Shown piece after piece: positions 1-14,090 of a DNA stretch of 64,000 bases. Source of the stretch: Podarcis muralis (taxonomy: Eukaryota); contig NC_135656.1 of NCBI RefSeq assembly GCF_964188315.1, positions 62,868,001 to 62,932,000 of the forward strand. The letters run 5' to 3'. Position numbers and translations under genes: made by a program. Numbering within the stretch: the first letter of the stretch is position 1; each line of letters begins with the position of its first letter. The notes beneath the pieces were generated by a model. It did not search any database. It saw nothing but the letters and a program-made list of their open reading frames with translations, and was not told where the DNA came from.

Positions 1-1775
1 CACATTTCTGCTTATGGACTTGAGGTGAATTAGTATGCTTCATCTCTAGTCTCTAGATAAATGAGAAGGGTAATAGTCCCTCCCGAACGCAGATTGCTAT
101 CGTTTGCACTGGGAATGTCCCGATTTAAAGATACTGTATTGGCATAAAAACATAAATACTATCTCTGCAGGGACTTGTTACAAAGTATCTTTAGAACGGT
201 TAGTCAACTTGTTGAACTATTTCAAAGGTGTCAGCCTGTTGCGTCTCAGTATATATATAGGTTGCTTCTAGAAAGCTGACACAGTTAAAAAAATTGGAAG
301 ACCCCAAATCTCCTTCAGCTTTAGCTTTGTGGGGTTTTTTGTTTGTTTCCTTACAATTCTATGTGCAGAAATGAAAATGCTTGCAGCGTGTGTATCCTGA
401 TGGAGTATACTGTGTAAATATATATGTGTGTGTATATACTATCTTGAAAGACACATGACACCATGGGTGAAATCCATTGGTGACCATCCACCCACAAAGT
501 AGATACTGCTGGCAGAAGAGATTCCCCTTTTCCTGATTCACCCAATGTGGCTGGCATCAGATTCAGAAGAAAGCAACGTTCAGTTCTTCCTCACATAACC
601 CACACTCACCTTACAAAATTCATTCCCGCAATATGGGGCGATGGACACCATCTGCCTCACGGGAGGGATGAGTTTCCAGTATTAACTTATTGCAACTTTA
701 TTATCGCAGTTTGATTTCACTCATAAGCCAGCTTGATTTGTATTTTTCAAAGTGAAATACAAACAATTAGAACCAATGAATAAGCCGTTAGTTGCCTAGT
801 CAACAAGAAAGAACAAACTACTGATCAGATGTGCGGGGGTGGAGGAGTCAGGAGTTAACTGCTCTGAGGGATTTCACAGACCCATGACATTAAATTCAAT
901 GACGCAAGCATTTCCATATACATATAAAAGTACTATTCCCCCCCCCCCATTCATGATCTGCATAAACCCCTCTGCCATACACTATAGTTCATTAGAACTC
1001 CCGTCACCCTGCCCCATATCAGCAATTTTGTGCATTCTGACTATGGAAATAATCAAATCACTCAATTGTGGCAGGTGCAGGCCATGAGTCCTGGATTCCA
1101 GAGAATTTTGGTGTTTGTTTGTTTTTAAATAAAGTTTCCAGTCCTCGTGTTACACGCACTAGCACCAGTTCTGTAAGATATGTTTGCTTATTTAGGGCAG
1201 CAGAGGGAGGCTAATCAATGGCCTTCCAGGCCATCTTGCAGGCCACAATGACAACTATCATTACCCGTAGCCAGTGTGGCCAATGGTGGAATTTGGAATC
1301 AAAAATCTGGAGGACTGCAGGTCCACCTCTGACTTAAGCGAGTTGTGCCCTGCTCTTCTTCTTGATTTTAACAATGTTCTCTACCACTTTAGCTCCTCCT
1401 GGAGGCTGCATTGGTAGAAAGCATTGCTAAAAACAAGAATAATGAAAACACAGAGCAGAATAAGCCTTGTTGAGAAAGAATCAGTTTACTCATCTTAACC
1501 CTTTGAAACACAACTATATTTAGATATCAGATCACCTCAAGGAACAATATTTGGACTTCCAAAAAACTTTTGAGAAAAGTCCCTCATGATTTTGCAGAAA
1601 TGGGTAATGTGACATGCTTTCACAGGGATCATTCAGTGGTTAAAAAATAATTGGATAGGTCCCACACAGGACTTTGGAACTGGTGCTATCTAACTTACTT
1701 GCAAGTTATCTGGAGTCGGGGTGAACAATGAAGTTGACTACAATTCAGTACTACTGTTATTTAGTTATTTAGTTG

Positions 1776-2078
1776 CAGGCGACTTCCTATTTACACACAC
1801 TCTTTGTGTGCGCAACCACACACCTGCGTGGTGCCGGGAACCCAGAAGTGGATCCCAAAAACGGGGAGCACCCTGGAGAGTCCTCCTGACATGCAAGGAG
1901 ACCCTCCCGGGAGCCCAAAGAGAATGTGGCATGGCTCAGCTGTGCAAGCCGTACTTCTGCGCGTGCTTCTTCCCCATGTGTTAGCTGAGCTGATACAAGC
2001 GACTCCCCATTTCACATGGTTTCACTGATGCATGCAGAGGTCTGGAACGTAACCCCCACATAAATGGGGAGTCAACTG
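1776..2078. mobile_element. Non-autonomous Tc1/mariner-type MITE
   Basis: Imperfect terminal inverted repeats (CAGGCGACTTCCTATTTAC versus reverse complement of the right end CAGTTGACTCCCCATTTAT); TA at the right flank (2079-2080); CpG-richer than the surrounding DNA. Confidence 0.55.
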
Positions 2079-3984
2079 TATTTAGTTATACCCTGACTTT
2101 TTCCCTGACAGGACTCAAGGAACTCAACTTTGCCAATACCTCCAAAGGCAGGATTCAGCTAACCTGTTGTTCCTAACAGGGTTGTCCCAGTCCACCAGTC
2201 CTCCCTCAGAGGAAGGGGTCCTTTTAAACAGAGTGAGGTATCAGAGTGATTTGCCATCAATCAGGCAACATGGCAGTAATGAAGGCTCTCTCCATAGCCA
2301 GCTCAGTCACAAAGCATCACTCAAAGAAGGGGTCTCAAAGGTACCCCAAATTAGAGAAGGTGACAGCAGAGGGAGGAGGAGGAGGGAGGGAGGCAAAAGG
2401 AGGAGGGGGAAGGTGATAACAGCAGCAGCAACTCCTCAGGCAGCACGCAAGTGTTTAGGTCTAGCGTTCTCAATCACTATAGGTCTGTCTTCTTAGCACA
2501 AAACCATCCTTTTTATCCTTCAAAGGCAACCAACTTGCAGAAAATGCTTTGCCACACAACCTGTGTCAAAGAAAAGACAGACAGATGGCACCCTCCAGCT
2601 GCAAGAAAGCGGCAGAGCAGGCAACCGCTACTGCACAACAAAAGCCTGCAAGGTCTCATCTCTGGAGGTGTTTCCCAGTTTACACAACCTGCCTGTCAGG
2701 AATGCTGGGGATTTTCCAGCCAAGGGTTGAAACCTGGCATAATCCAGGACCAGAACAGCAATTAAATGCCTGATGGTTAGGAACATGGGGGTTTTTTCTT
2801 CCCACAAAGGAAGGTTCTTAAAAAGCTAGGTGAGAAAACATTGTCATAAATGTTTTCCATCTGAGCATGGCTCTTTCAAGGAAGTTTCCATTTCTCATGA
2901 TACTAACAGTTCTCCTGACACACCAAGTAAAAACTGAGTAACTCCTATTTATTTATGATCTGGGCACCTAGTTACAAAAGTGAGTTGCCTCCTGTCTCTA
3001 AACTCATATGCACACGAGTCCCAGTTCTTTCAATGAACATTGCTTGCACGTGAAAACGCAGAGACACAACAATTGTTAAGCATTCTCCCTGCACTGTTCA
3101 AGGTCATGCGACACCCCCCCCCCCCCGCAAGCTCTTAGCAAATATATTATCTCATCCTTCCACTAAGTGGTAGGAAATACTTCAGAGGTAGTTTCTGTAG
3201 GGGCCATTTTTTATGACGAGGGTGTTTTTCATGCTATCAGCAGATTTACAAACACACAAGTACCTGGGTAGTCAATACTCATATTTAGGGATGCCCCAAT
3301 TTTCACAAAAGCGACAACATGTCCCTGGGACACACCCCTCTCCTTGCTCAGACTTCTGTCTTTGTAGGCTACATTCCAATTCCAAAATCACTTTTTCAGT
3401 CATCAACGACTCATTAACAAATTATATTTATCTATCAGCTGTGCAAAAGCCAGGACGGGGGACAGCATTTCCCCCACACAATGGTCACAACAATATATTT
3501 AAGATCTCTTTCTTTCCCTCTATACAAAAACACAGACGTGTCCCCCCCCCCAACGCAAAAGCCACAAGAACGCAAGATGATTTAAGGCAGTGCACAGGGG
3601 GTTGAATGACTCCAGGCTGCTGTTAAACGCCTTTGGTTTCCAAACTTCTCATTTGCCATGAATTAATGTAGGGAGTTTCCCCTGAAGGAAACCACCACGT
3701 CTTTTACAAGAAAGACTTCCAAGGGAATGTTTCGGAGGAATGGGGAGAACTGGAACAGGAGAAGAAAAATCCTTCTTCCAATACATTTCCCTTATGTTTG
3801 ACCTTAGTTTGCACATGTAGCACCATTGCCTCTGCGGTGGCCCAGAACTTGATGGGGTGGGGAAAGGACACATGCAACTAGGAAGAGAACGACGAGGATC
3901 CTTGGAAAAAGAGCAAAGATCTCTTTAGGCCAGGATCCCATAACTGGGGACATACCAAGCTGGGCACAGGAAACTGCCTTACAT

Positions 3985-4152
3985 CAATTCAGATTATTGA
4001 TCCATCTAGCTCAGTATTTTCTCCACTGACTGGCAGTGGTTCTCCAGGGTTTCAGGCAGGGCTCTCTCCCAGTCCTACCTCAACACCCCAGGATTGAACA
4101 TGGGACCAACTGCATGCAAAGCAGATGCTCTACTACTGAGCTACAGCCCTTC
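3985..4152 (-). mobile_element. Old tRNA-derived SINE (tRNA-Ala-like head)
   Basis: Minus strand reads GGGCTGTAGCTCAGTAGTAGAGCATCTGCTTTGCATGCAG...GTTCAATCC (pol III A/B boxes), followed by a body ending in CTGAGCTAGATGGATCAAT. A related copy is at about 60000. Confidence 0.6.
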
Positions 4153-5197
4153 TAGTAAGGTAGCCCACCAGCTTTGCCACATCCTTGTCAACTTTCCAGT
4201 TTTTACAGCCCTGGGCAATGGCAGGTTGATTGAGCCTCCATAACATGGCTGGTCAGCTGCATTTGGCCTAGTGGGTCACAGGTAGTCCAGGTTTGACTGA
4301 AGCCCATACAGTTTGCAGGAGGGCAAGCAGATACATGGTGGCCCCTCCTGCTGTCAACACTGGCCCATAGGGGTGGACAGGGGCATAGCAGGAGTAGTTT
4401 AGTTAAGTAGTTTCTACTTAACTAAAAATAGAAATAGTCAGAAAATCCTAGCTACTCCCATGGGGATGGAGAATATAAAGATCTGGTCACAAAGGTTCCT
4501 CACTTCTGCATTAGGACTTGCGCCTCCACAACAGAACTTCCCCTCCCTCTCCTTTCTCTGCATATCCCCACAAATCTGCTCTGGAAGATTATGGGAACTC
4601 CCAGAACAGATAGGAAGGGGAGAGATAGGAAGCTCCAATGCGCAAACGAATTCCTCAAACTAAAAGGGACAGTATTGTTGGCTACAACCAATTTTAAGCA
4701 AAGCAAAAGATGAAGAACTCAAAAACAAGAAATCCCAGAGCACGCCAGACCATAATTGCATTTTTGGAGCCTTGTCACAAATTTCACTTTTGTGCTTCAC
4801 TCTCTTGGAGTGCACTCTCTCTTGTTGCCCCCCCCCCCCAAATCTTATGCATAAATACAGACCGAGAAATTACATGCAAGTATGTCAAGTAGCAGCTATT
4901 TTGGAAGTTAGCAAAATGTGTTTGGCATTCAGCTGCACAGATCCTCTGGCATGTATCTGGAGTGTGTGTGTGTTTTAAGCCTTGACCAACCACAGGAAGA
5001 TTTACACTTCATTAAAATAAGTGTAGCTTTCATAACTTGCCCAAAAATTCATCTCCCTGGAAGCAGTGCATTAAACACTCTACAGGCAATTTGGGCAACA
5101 TATTGTAGAGCAATGCCAAGGGGTGGGGAACCTCTTTTAAGAGAGGCTGGAAATGAAAAGCCTATTCAATTCTCTGTGATGCTTGCCTTAGTCAGCA

Positions 5198-5437
5198 AGC
5201 CAGTGTGGTGTAATGGTTACAGTGTCAGACCAGGACTTGGGAGACCAGAGTTCGAATCCTCACTGAGCCATGAAGCTCACAGGATGACCTTGGGCCAGTC
5301 ACTGCCTCTCATCCTAAGCTTCTTCACTGGGTTGTTTTGAGCATAAAATGTGGAGGCGGAGAACTGCGAACACCATCTTGAGCTCCTTAGGGGAAAGGTA
5401 GGATATAAATGTAACAAAGAAAAGGAATAAATAAAAA
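5198..5437 (+). mobile_element. Diverged Squam3/MIR-like tRNA SINE
   Basis: AGCCAGTGTGGTGTAATGGTTA...GAGTTCGAATCC...TGACCTTGGGCCAGTCAC core and an A-rich tail; same architecture as the younger copy at 62490. Confidence 0.6.
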
Positions 5438-6289
5438 TACTTGCAGCTGGTGACCCTCCTGCAGTTTGAGAAGTTTTGCATGCTTTAGGAAATGGCAAGA
5501 ACTAATGGCACAAGAAACACACACCCCTCTCTTTGCCTCTCTGCATTTATCTCATTGGCATATGACATATTTTTTCGGCACTTTTAATCCACCGGGCACC
5601 CACTCTGAAAGCAGGTCAAGGTCAAACAAAGCCTGACAATTCAGGCCCAGCTGACAATGAAGCAGAAAGCTTATCAAAGCAGTGAGACAGAGTCACTGGC
5701 TCACCAGGTGACACATGAGTACAGTGTCTATTTCTGGAGAATCGCTAGCAGCTGACAGGAAGCTGATTGAGAAAAGTGGTGTGTGTAGGTCTCTGAACGT
5801 GCTGATCACACAATGCACAAGCACCCCCCCCCCAGGAGCAAGGAACATTAATCTCTGCCGAATCTGAATGTATGTTGTAGCCAATTCGGGGGGGGGGGGG
5901 CGGGGCAGGGTGGAACCACTCCCCATGGGGTTGACCCTGACAACAGTCCAGAATTGGTAACTGGTGCAGGGCCCTAGCTATTGCCTTGGGGACTTCACAT
6001 ACAATGTCAATTCTCAGACAATTGTTCTGACTGCCTTCTGGGCCCAATTTAGGGTGCTGATTCTGGCTTTTGAAGCCCTAAAGGACCCAGGCCCAAAATA
6101 CTGAAGGAACGCCTCCTCCCATACCAACCTGCCTGAATTTTAAGATCTACAAAAGATATTCTGCTGGTGGTCTCCACACCTAATGAGAATCATAGTCTGG
6201 GGCCCCACAGGGAGGCTCTCTCTGTGGCAGCCTTACACCTTTGCAAAACCTCACCATGCCATTGCTTCTATTTCAGTAGCGGAAGAAAA

Positions 6290-6473
6290 GCAAAATTGCA
6301 GAGTTGGAAGAAACCCAAGGGTCATTTAGTACAACCTGCTGAATGCAGGAATCACAACTGAAGAATCCCTGACAGATGGCCAGCCACCCTCTATCTAAAG
6401 ACCTCCAATGAAGGCGAGTCCATCACCTTTTGAGGTAGTCCATTCCACTGTCAAACAACCCTTTGCCCAGGTT
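6290..6473 (-). mobile_element. CR1 LINE 3' fragment
   Basis: GAGTTGGAAGAAACCCAAGGGTCATTTAGTACAACC...GAATCCCTGACAGATGGCCAGCC matches the reverse complement of the CR1 3' UTR as recalled. Confidence 0.7.
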
Positions 6474-7970
6474 TTTGAGGAGGGGTGAGGTGTACTGGGT
6501 GCCTATAAATTCTTGTCCCTGACGGTTGCATAATTGGGAATTATGTATTTTGTTTTATATTGGTTTTTGAACCTCATGGGTTGTTTTCAACATACATTCC
6601 ATCAACGCAAGGACTTCACTTTACACAGTGGATTGTTCTCCTCCTCTCCCTCCCATCCCCCCTTAAATCTGTTCTGAGTTTCCCCCCAACCTTCCACAGA
6701 GGATTTGGGGATGACAGAGGGGGAGGCGGGGAAACTCCGCTTGTGCTAGTGGTAATCCTTGCACTCACACTTCATTTAGATGAACAGTGCCCTCTAAACA
6801 CTTTAATATATATTATACGTATTATATTAAAATAATAAAGGAAAGAAAATGGGCAGTATAATATAGAAAACAGAATAACCAATAAGAGTCCACAGCACCC
6901 CAGTCACAAGGACGGTCAACTTCAATCTAGGTATTTGGCCATTTGGGTGACTACATTTGAAGAAGAATGTAATTTACATCATTAATCTACCTTTCTGGAG
7001 ACAGGATAAGCTATGACCATGACCACAATATCCACAGGAGCCAGATTAATTTGTTGAAGACTAATAATAAGTCACATCAGGAGAGAAAACGGGGTTTCCC
7101 TTTTTTAAAAAAACAACACTTGTACAGACAATCTCTATGCTGATTTGTGATGGAGCCAGCATTCACATGTCCATCCTGTTCACAAATGAAGTGTGTGTGT
7201 GTGGGGGGGGGGGTTTGGTCTTCATTCTTAGTGGTTAGGTTCCATCCTAAATTAGCTATCCCAGAAAATCTTTGGAATATGAGAAGTGGAGAGCAGAAAC
7301 ACCTTGAACACATGAGAAACTACTGTAGTCATTGCATTACTCAGAGACGAACCAATGAGTGAGAGGTTTTCAACAGGTTCCCAATGGACAGCACACATAC
7401 ATTGCTACAGCATGAGCTGGGCTTCTTAATGCTTTCCTGCCACCCAACCTTCTTGTTCTAGATTCCACTGTTGCTAAATCTGTCCTCCCATGAACTTTGT
7501 CTTTTCGGGCGTCAGTTGTATGTTGACATAGAATGGGCCAGTAAGTGATACTCATGCATATGCAACAGAGAGTATCTGGCTTTTGTAGACCAGAAGAACT
7601 TGTTCATGCTGTGCTAGAGAATGGAGAAAATCTCCATACAGAGAGTTCTACATTCCCATCACATTCCCTTTAAGTAGCAAAAAAAAAAAAAGTTGCTTGC
7701 ATACATCAGGAACTCTAGCACTCACCATCCCCAATTGGCTATGCTGGCTGGCACTGACGTAAGATGGAGCCTAGCATCATTACACAGGATTGTTCCACTG
7801 GAAGTGTTTACAGGCCCCAAGGCTGAAACAATTGTATCTGTTTTGGTAACGAACTGGATATACAAGTATAATCTAGAACAGCATTTCCCAACCTGCAGGT
7901 CATAAACCCTGCGCAAATGGGTCACATGCTTTATAAGCAAACCCAAAATAACTATGGCTTGTAATACTTA

Positions 7971-8323
7971 AAGGTACCCCTGCCCATACGGGCCAGTCGT
8001 GTCCGACTCTAGGGTTGCGCGCTCATCTCACTTAAGAGGCCAGGAGCCAGCGCTGTCCGAAGACACTTCCGGGTCACGTGGCCAGTGTGACGAAGCTGCA
8101 GCTGCCGAGCCAGCACCAGTGCCGCACACGGAAACGCCGTTTACCTTCCCGCTATAAAGCGGTACCTATTTATCTACTTGCACTTAGGGGTGCTTTCAAA
8201 CTGCTAGGTGGGCAGGAGCTGGGACCAAATGACGGGCGCTCACCCCGCCGCGGGGATTCGAACCGCCGACCTTACGATCAGCAATCCCTAGGCACTGAGG
8301 TTTTACCCACAGCGCCACCCGCG
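7971..8323 (-). mobile_element. Full-length Sauria SINE (Squam1)
   Basis: Diagnostic AAGGTACCCCTGCCC...TTTACCTTCCCG...GGTACCTATTTATCTACTTGCAC...GGATTCGAACCGCCGACC; target-site duplication TGTAATACTTA at 7960-7970 and 8324-8334. Confidence 0.95.
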
Positions 8324-11300
8324 TGTAATACTTAACTGATACAATTAATACCCCTTACAACTCTTTTGCTCAGTTGGTATATCATAAGGCTGCTTTGACA
8401 CCTGTAACAAAATGATGGAAAAGCTCAAAAAAGCCCTTGGGAACTGCTAGCAGTGATGGCCCGCCACAAAGTGCTCACACAAGGAGGAGCCCTGAGTGAT
8501 CACCACGGCCTTTGGAACCTGAGCACCAGAAGCGAGCTGTAACACTCCCTGCACAAGGATCCCATGGTGAGCCATCATTGAATCTACCGCCAAGTTAATT
8601 AACAGTTAAACCAAGGGTGAGTTGAAGTTTGTTACATCTAACACTGCTTGTGCAGCTGTATTCATTTTTATTTTTTTTAAAACAGCTTATGAAGCAATAT
8701 CCTGCAAATTGGTGGTTGGAACTCTTACATTCCTATAAACAAAATAGTAAATAACTATAAATATTTTAACAAATTCCATGTTAAGTAAATTTTTGCTTGG
8801 ATGTCTCAAGAACAGGCAAACCTACAGTTAAAATGAATGAAACTGTTGGCTGCCAGAGACCTAAGCTCCAAAATTCATCTGACAATAAGTTGATGGGTAA
8901 ATTTGAACCCATGCATCACCAAGCTGAAAAGGCTGGAAAACGCTGGTGTAGAGAAAACTCAAGATTGAAGTGTTAATGCACAAATCCAAATAAATCCTGG
9001 TTGACAAACCAGTACTCCTCAGATGAAAGGCATTTCAACTGGTATAAAGAAACTCTGGCTACAATCCACACAGAAATGCAACCCTATGCATGTTTACTCT
9101 GTTTAATGAGGCTTATTCCCAGATATGTGTGCACAGGTGTACAGCCTTAGTCAATTCATTCATGTGTGAGTGCGAATGGATCAGTCAACCAAATCTTCAT
9201 AAAATCTGCATCTGGTAACTAAACCTCTATATTTTTTTTGGGGGGGGGTACACTTTTTATGCACCTGTGTGTACAAGATATGGACAAATATCTCCTCTGT
9301 GATGACACTGTGGAATGGCAAGCAGATGCACAAAATACTAACTGGTAGAAAATCAAATCAATAGGTTTTCAGGAGAGGGACTTAAATAATTGTACATCTT
9401 TGAACAGTTCTCTCTCTCTGTCTCTGTGTGTAATTTATATGGAGTGTTTTAGACTGCTATCTTACACCTACTTACCTGGGAACAAACTCTGTGGAACTTA
9501 CTCCTGAGTAGGCATATATAGGAAAACATTGCTTGCACTAGTACAAATTTTCTTTTCAGTTACCATCAGCAATATTTTGTTGGAAAGGCAGGATATTAAA
9601 AATGCTTAATAAAATTAAGAATACGCTTTCTATGACAGCATCTCAGCTGTGGAATGTGCTCCCAAATAAGGCTTGCCTAGTGTTGACCCCTATGTATTTT
9701 AAGTATTTTCATTTGCCCAGGTCTTATTACTATTTTCTTTCAGATTTTTAAAAATTTTAGTACCCTATTTGCTTTAAATTCAAGATGTGTCACTGCTGCT
9801 TTGAAGGTTATTTTGTTTTCACACTTTATTTTTATTCATCTGAAGACTTTCAAAGAAGCTCGCAATTAAAACAACAACAACCACCTTAAATGCAGGTCTA
9901 AATTTTTTTTTGCAAGTCCGACAGGGTTGCAGTTTTCTGACATTCATACTAACACTTAGGTATAGAAAACAAAATCACAAGAGGGTCAATGAAGGGAGTG
10001 AGGAAAGGATGAGGCTAAAAAGTGCATGAGGCTGGGTACGTGTGTTAAAAATAATGGAAGATGGATCAACGTTGCTCCAACTTATGCTGGCAAAGATATA
10101 GTATGCTGATATTTGGATGCAACTGCAGCAGTTGGCAACATGCTTCCTTCCACCCACAAGTCATGCCTTGCTCAACCTGAAAGAAGGCACACTGTACACT
10201 GACCTTTGCATTGAAAAACCCACATGCCTACGCACACAAGCATAGCAAAACTCCATGTGCTTCAGAGCATCAAATGTGGCCAGGACCTGTCAAAACTTTT
10301 TAGAATTAAACTTGCAACTCATCTCTGTTCCATCTGGTAACAATAGATCATGAAAAACTAAAGCGATTCTTCTATTTACACAGAGAGAGCGCAAAATGCA
10401 ATACAGAGAACAATTTTAATTTTACTAAAGAGATGGTAGTTAGAGAGAAACACATTCACAAACTTTCAATAGGAACTGCAGCTTCCCTTGGCTGCCGGGT
10501 TCGAAATTAGCAGGGTGCCAGGCGCATTTTGCGCCTAAATATTCTCCATTTGGGAGCACCTCAAAAAGTCTGGATGCCATTTTTTGTGCCTGGCTAACAC
10601 TCAAGGATTACTGAAATGTATGTGCTTTGAAGCCTCGGAGTATATGTTAAGGATAGACAATATGTAAAGGAGTTTAACAATAAAGAGTAGAGTGTTTTGA
10701 AAACTAAAGTTTGGTACCAATGTTTTTAATGCAAACACCAAATTAAACATGTATTAACAATTTCTGCTAAGATGTGATATTAACAATGTGTCAACAATGT
10801 GTTATTTATGTGATTTGTGTATTAGTTAATGCTTATCAAAATAATAAATAAAAAGTGTTGCTGCCCCCCCCCCCATGGCGACTAGACATTCTGTTTTGGC
10901 GCCCACAACTCATGTCCCAAAAGACATTTGGCCCCTAGTTTTTCTATCCCAGTTTCTTGGCTTTAGAATTTTGTTTATCAGACATCCCTAATAGAATATG
11001 AAGTTCAGAAAAATGTCACAGAGAGAGAAACACAAAATTGCATTAAGCACTTTCCCAAAGTTTAGGTCCCGATGCAATGGATTCTAAACCAGAATGCGGA
11101 AATTGTGGCTCTCCAGATGTTCCTGAACTATAACCCACATCAGTCCCAGCAAGCATGGCGAATGGTCAGTGAAGATGGCAGTAGCAGTTCAGCAACATCT
11201 GGAGGGGCATAGGTTCCCTCCAGGCCTACTCTAAACCTTCACCTTCAAACAGAAAACCACATGGGGAAAAGAAAAAGAGCCTGTCATGTACCCAATCCTT

Positions 11301-13701
11301 TTTGTGTCAAACAGAATAGAAACAGCCAGCAAGACCACAAGTTCTGATCAACTTATCAAACACACCATAATGATATTAAAATTAGCACCTCTCTTTGCAC
11401 ATTTATAAGCAACACATTTACCCCTCTCCAACTCTATGCAACTTGCAATATACAAATTCTGGTGGTAATTGTCAATATAGATCCTCCAAGTTTGCTGCAG
11501 GCAAAATAATCTTCAATTAACCATTTAAACACTACCACCCCCATATTAGACTTTCTGAAGTCACTAAATATTATATACATCACTTAGAATCACATGAGCT
11601 TCACATATATTCTACACATATATTCATTGAGAAACTGATGAAAAAGGCTCCAAGACAATAGCTATTACTGACAAGAGCCTAGAAGCAACAATAACACACT
11701 TCCCTCTTCTCTTGGGTTCACTAAGCACATGACTGCATGTAACAAAGCTGGGTTTTACCTTCATGAATGCTACAGCTTAGAAACTCAGGATATCTCCATC
11801 AGAATGCTACCTTGAAGTGAAGCCTTCCAATATGATTTCATTCGCAAGAGGAGAAACCATGAAGTCAGCTTTCCTTACAAGAAAGTACAGATACATAATT
11901 CAATAGTCAAAATTCCATCTGCTACATGACCAGAGTTAACTACTTATGTAACATTCTGATTACCTGAAAAGAATGCAGGAATACCAAACCATTCAAGTTT
12001 GGGAAGGCTAGGTAATTCACACAACCAACAGCATCACTGGAGGAGACTAACAACATTGACATATGTAATCTAATAATGCCATCCTTGGGATTGCTTACTC
12101 ATCACCAGAATTTCAACATAGTATTCCATTATTACTGTGGTAGCATTTGGTCATCTGTACAACATGTGCCAAGAACATACATAGCTTGGGGGAATGTGTG
12201 TCCCTGAGATTGCTCATATTGCTAAAGATCTATAGGAAGAAACAACTGGTTCTATGTTCCAGAACTGAAGCAAACACATCCACAAAAACAGCTTCTATTT
12301 TATAAACAGAATAATATTAGATTAATAAGCAAAATGTTAGCAGATATTTGTAAAGGCATTTTCTGAGTTGCTACTTTCTGCACACTGCAATTCTGTATCA
12401 CCTTCACATTGGTACACAACTGATCTATGGGTTTGTTTGTTTTTAATGGTCTATAAAAAAACAGCTAAATATCCATTCACAATACGCAGAATATGCAGTT
12501 ATTTACAAAATGTGCTTTGTGCCCTGCTGGAAGACCACTTCAGCAAATTTCTCATTGGAAAGGTTTAAGTGGAAATACCTTTATTCCATTTTGATGTATT
12601 TCAGTAGCAATTAGAAAAGGAGTGTAGACACTATGGGGGCATCTAACTTTTTTAACATTTACAAATTCTGCTGGCCAAAATACCTCAGCATGTATCAGCT
12701 ATTGGAATTAGGGCAAATAGCTGGTGAGAATCATTTCTATCCTTTATTTATCCTTTATTTTTTCATCAGTCAACTAGCCAGTTCATAGTGAAAAAAATTA
12801 GAAGGGCCTGCCTACTCTTTCTCAAGGGTAGAAAGATATTGTTTGGAACCAGGCATACATTAACAACACTCCTTTTCTTTTAATTCCTGTTTCATTTAAA
12901 GTTACTGACAATGAACCATGTGTCGTTATTTGGGCTTGCAAGGTTGCAATCCAATTTCATGCATGTTTATCCAGACATAAGTCACACAGGAGCATTTACT
13001 CAAATAAGCATGCATAGACCTGCCGCTTTAGAGTCACTATCATGTACAAAGTGAAACCACTAAACCTTGGCTTCATTTTCCCCAACTGCAAAACATGGAT
13101 AATACCTCCTTTCACTATTTTGAAAAAGAAAAGTAGCTGAAGAAGACAAAAGTGATATAAAAAGCCAGAGTAGCGTGATAGCTGTAGTGTTGGCTTCAAT
13201 TCCCTGCTCACCCAAGAAGCTCACTAGGTAGCCACTATCTTTCAGTCTAGCCTACCTCATAGAAGTGCTGAGAAGACAAGATTGTACAACACTCTGCATA
13301 TCAGCCAGAGCTCCTGGGGAGTAGGGTAGGACAGAAATAAATACATGAAGTTAAGACTACAATCCTAATCACATTTATTTGTGAGTAAGCTCCACTGCAA
13401 TCAGTGGAGGCTACATGAACAGGATTGGGCCCTAGGTGTCATAAGCCGGGACTTAAATATTTGAATCAGCACCTCCCCGTGCATTGAGATCTTCAAAGGA
13501 GGTCCTTCCTTCTGTCCGCATCAGGTGTTATTAGTTATGTGGCCATGGTGACACACACACCCTTTGGAATGCCCCCCTTAGAGGTATGGTTGAGCATTGA
13601 AAACATATCTGTTTGATCAGGGTCTTGGTGTTTCTAAGTCGTAATACAGCTAGTCAACTCTATGAAGAACATATTTGGTTTATACGAGTAATGCAACAGT
13701 G

Positions 13702-14053
13702 TAAAGGTAAAGGGACCCCTGACCATTAGGTCCAGTAGTGACCGACTCTGGGGCTGCGGCGCTCATCTCGCTTTATTGGCCGAGGGAGCCGGTGTACGGC
13801 TTCCGGGTCCTGTGGCCAGCATGACTAAGCAGCTTCTGGCGAACCAGAGCAGCGCACGGAAATGCTGTTTACCTTCCCGACGGAGCGGTACCTATTTATC
13901 TACTTGCACTTTGACATGCTTTCAGACTGCTAGGTTGGCAGGAGCTGGGACCAAGCAATAGGAGCTCAGCCCATCGCGGGGATTCGAACCGCCGATCTTC
14001 TGATCGGCAAGCCCTAGGCTCTGTGGTTTAACCCACAGCACCACCTGCGTCCC
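13702..14053 (-). mobile_element. Full-length Sauria SINE, different subfamily
   Basis: TAAAGGTAAAGGGACCCCTGACCATTAGG tail, same conserved core as the 7971 copy, and tRNA head ending GCGTCCC. Confidence 0.9.
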
Positions 14054-14090
14054 ATGTGTACTGTAGTCCTAATCATGTTTTCTTCGTGTT

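Noticed and set aside
5888-5913. G-run with G-quadruplex potential (also poly-G/poly-C runs at about 3115, 14327, 17275 and 26618)
   Set aside because: Homopolymer runs are frequent throughout the window, often tied to repeats, and their lengths are error-prone.
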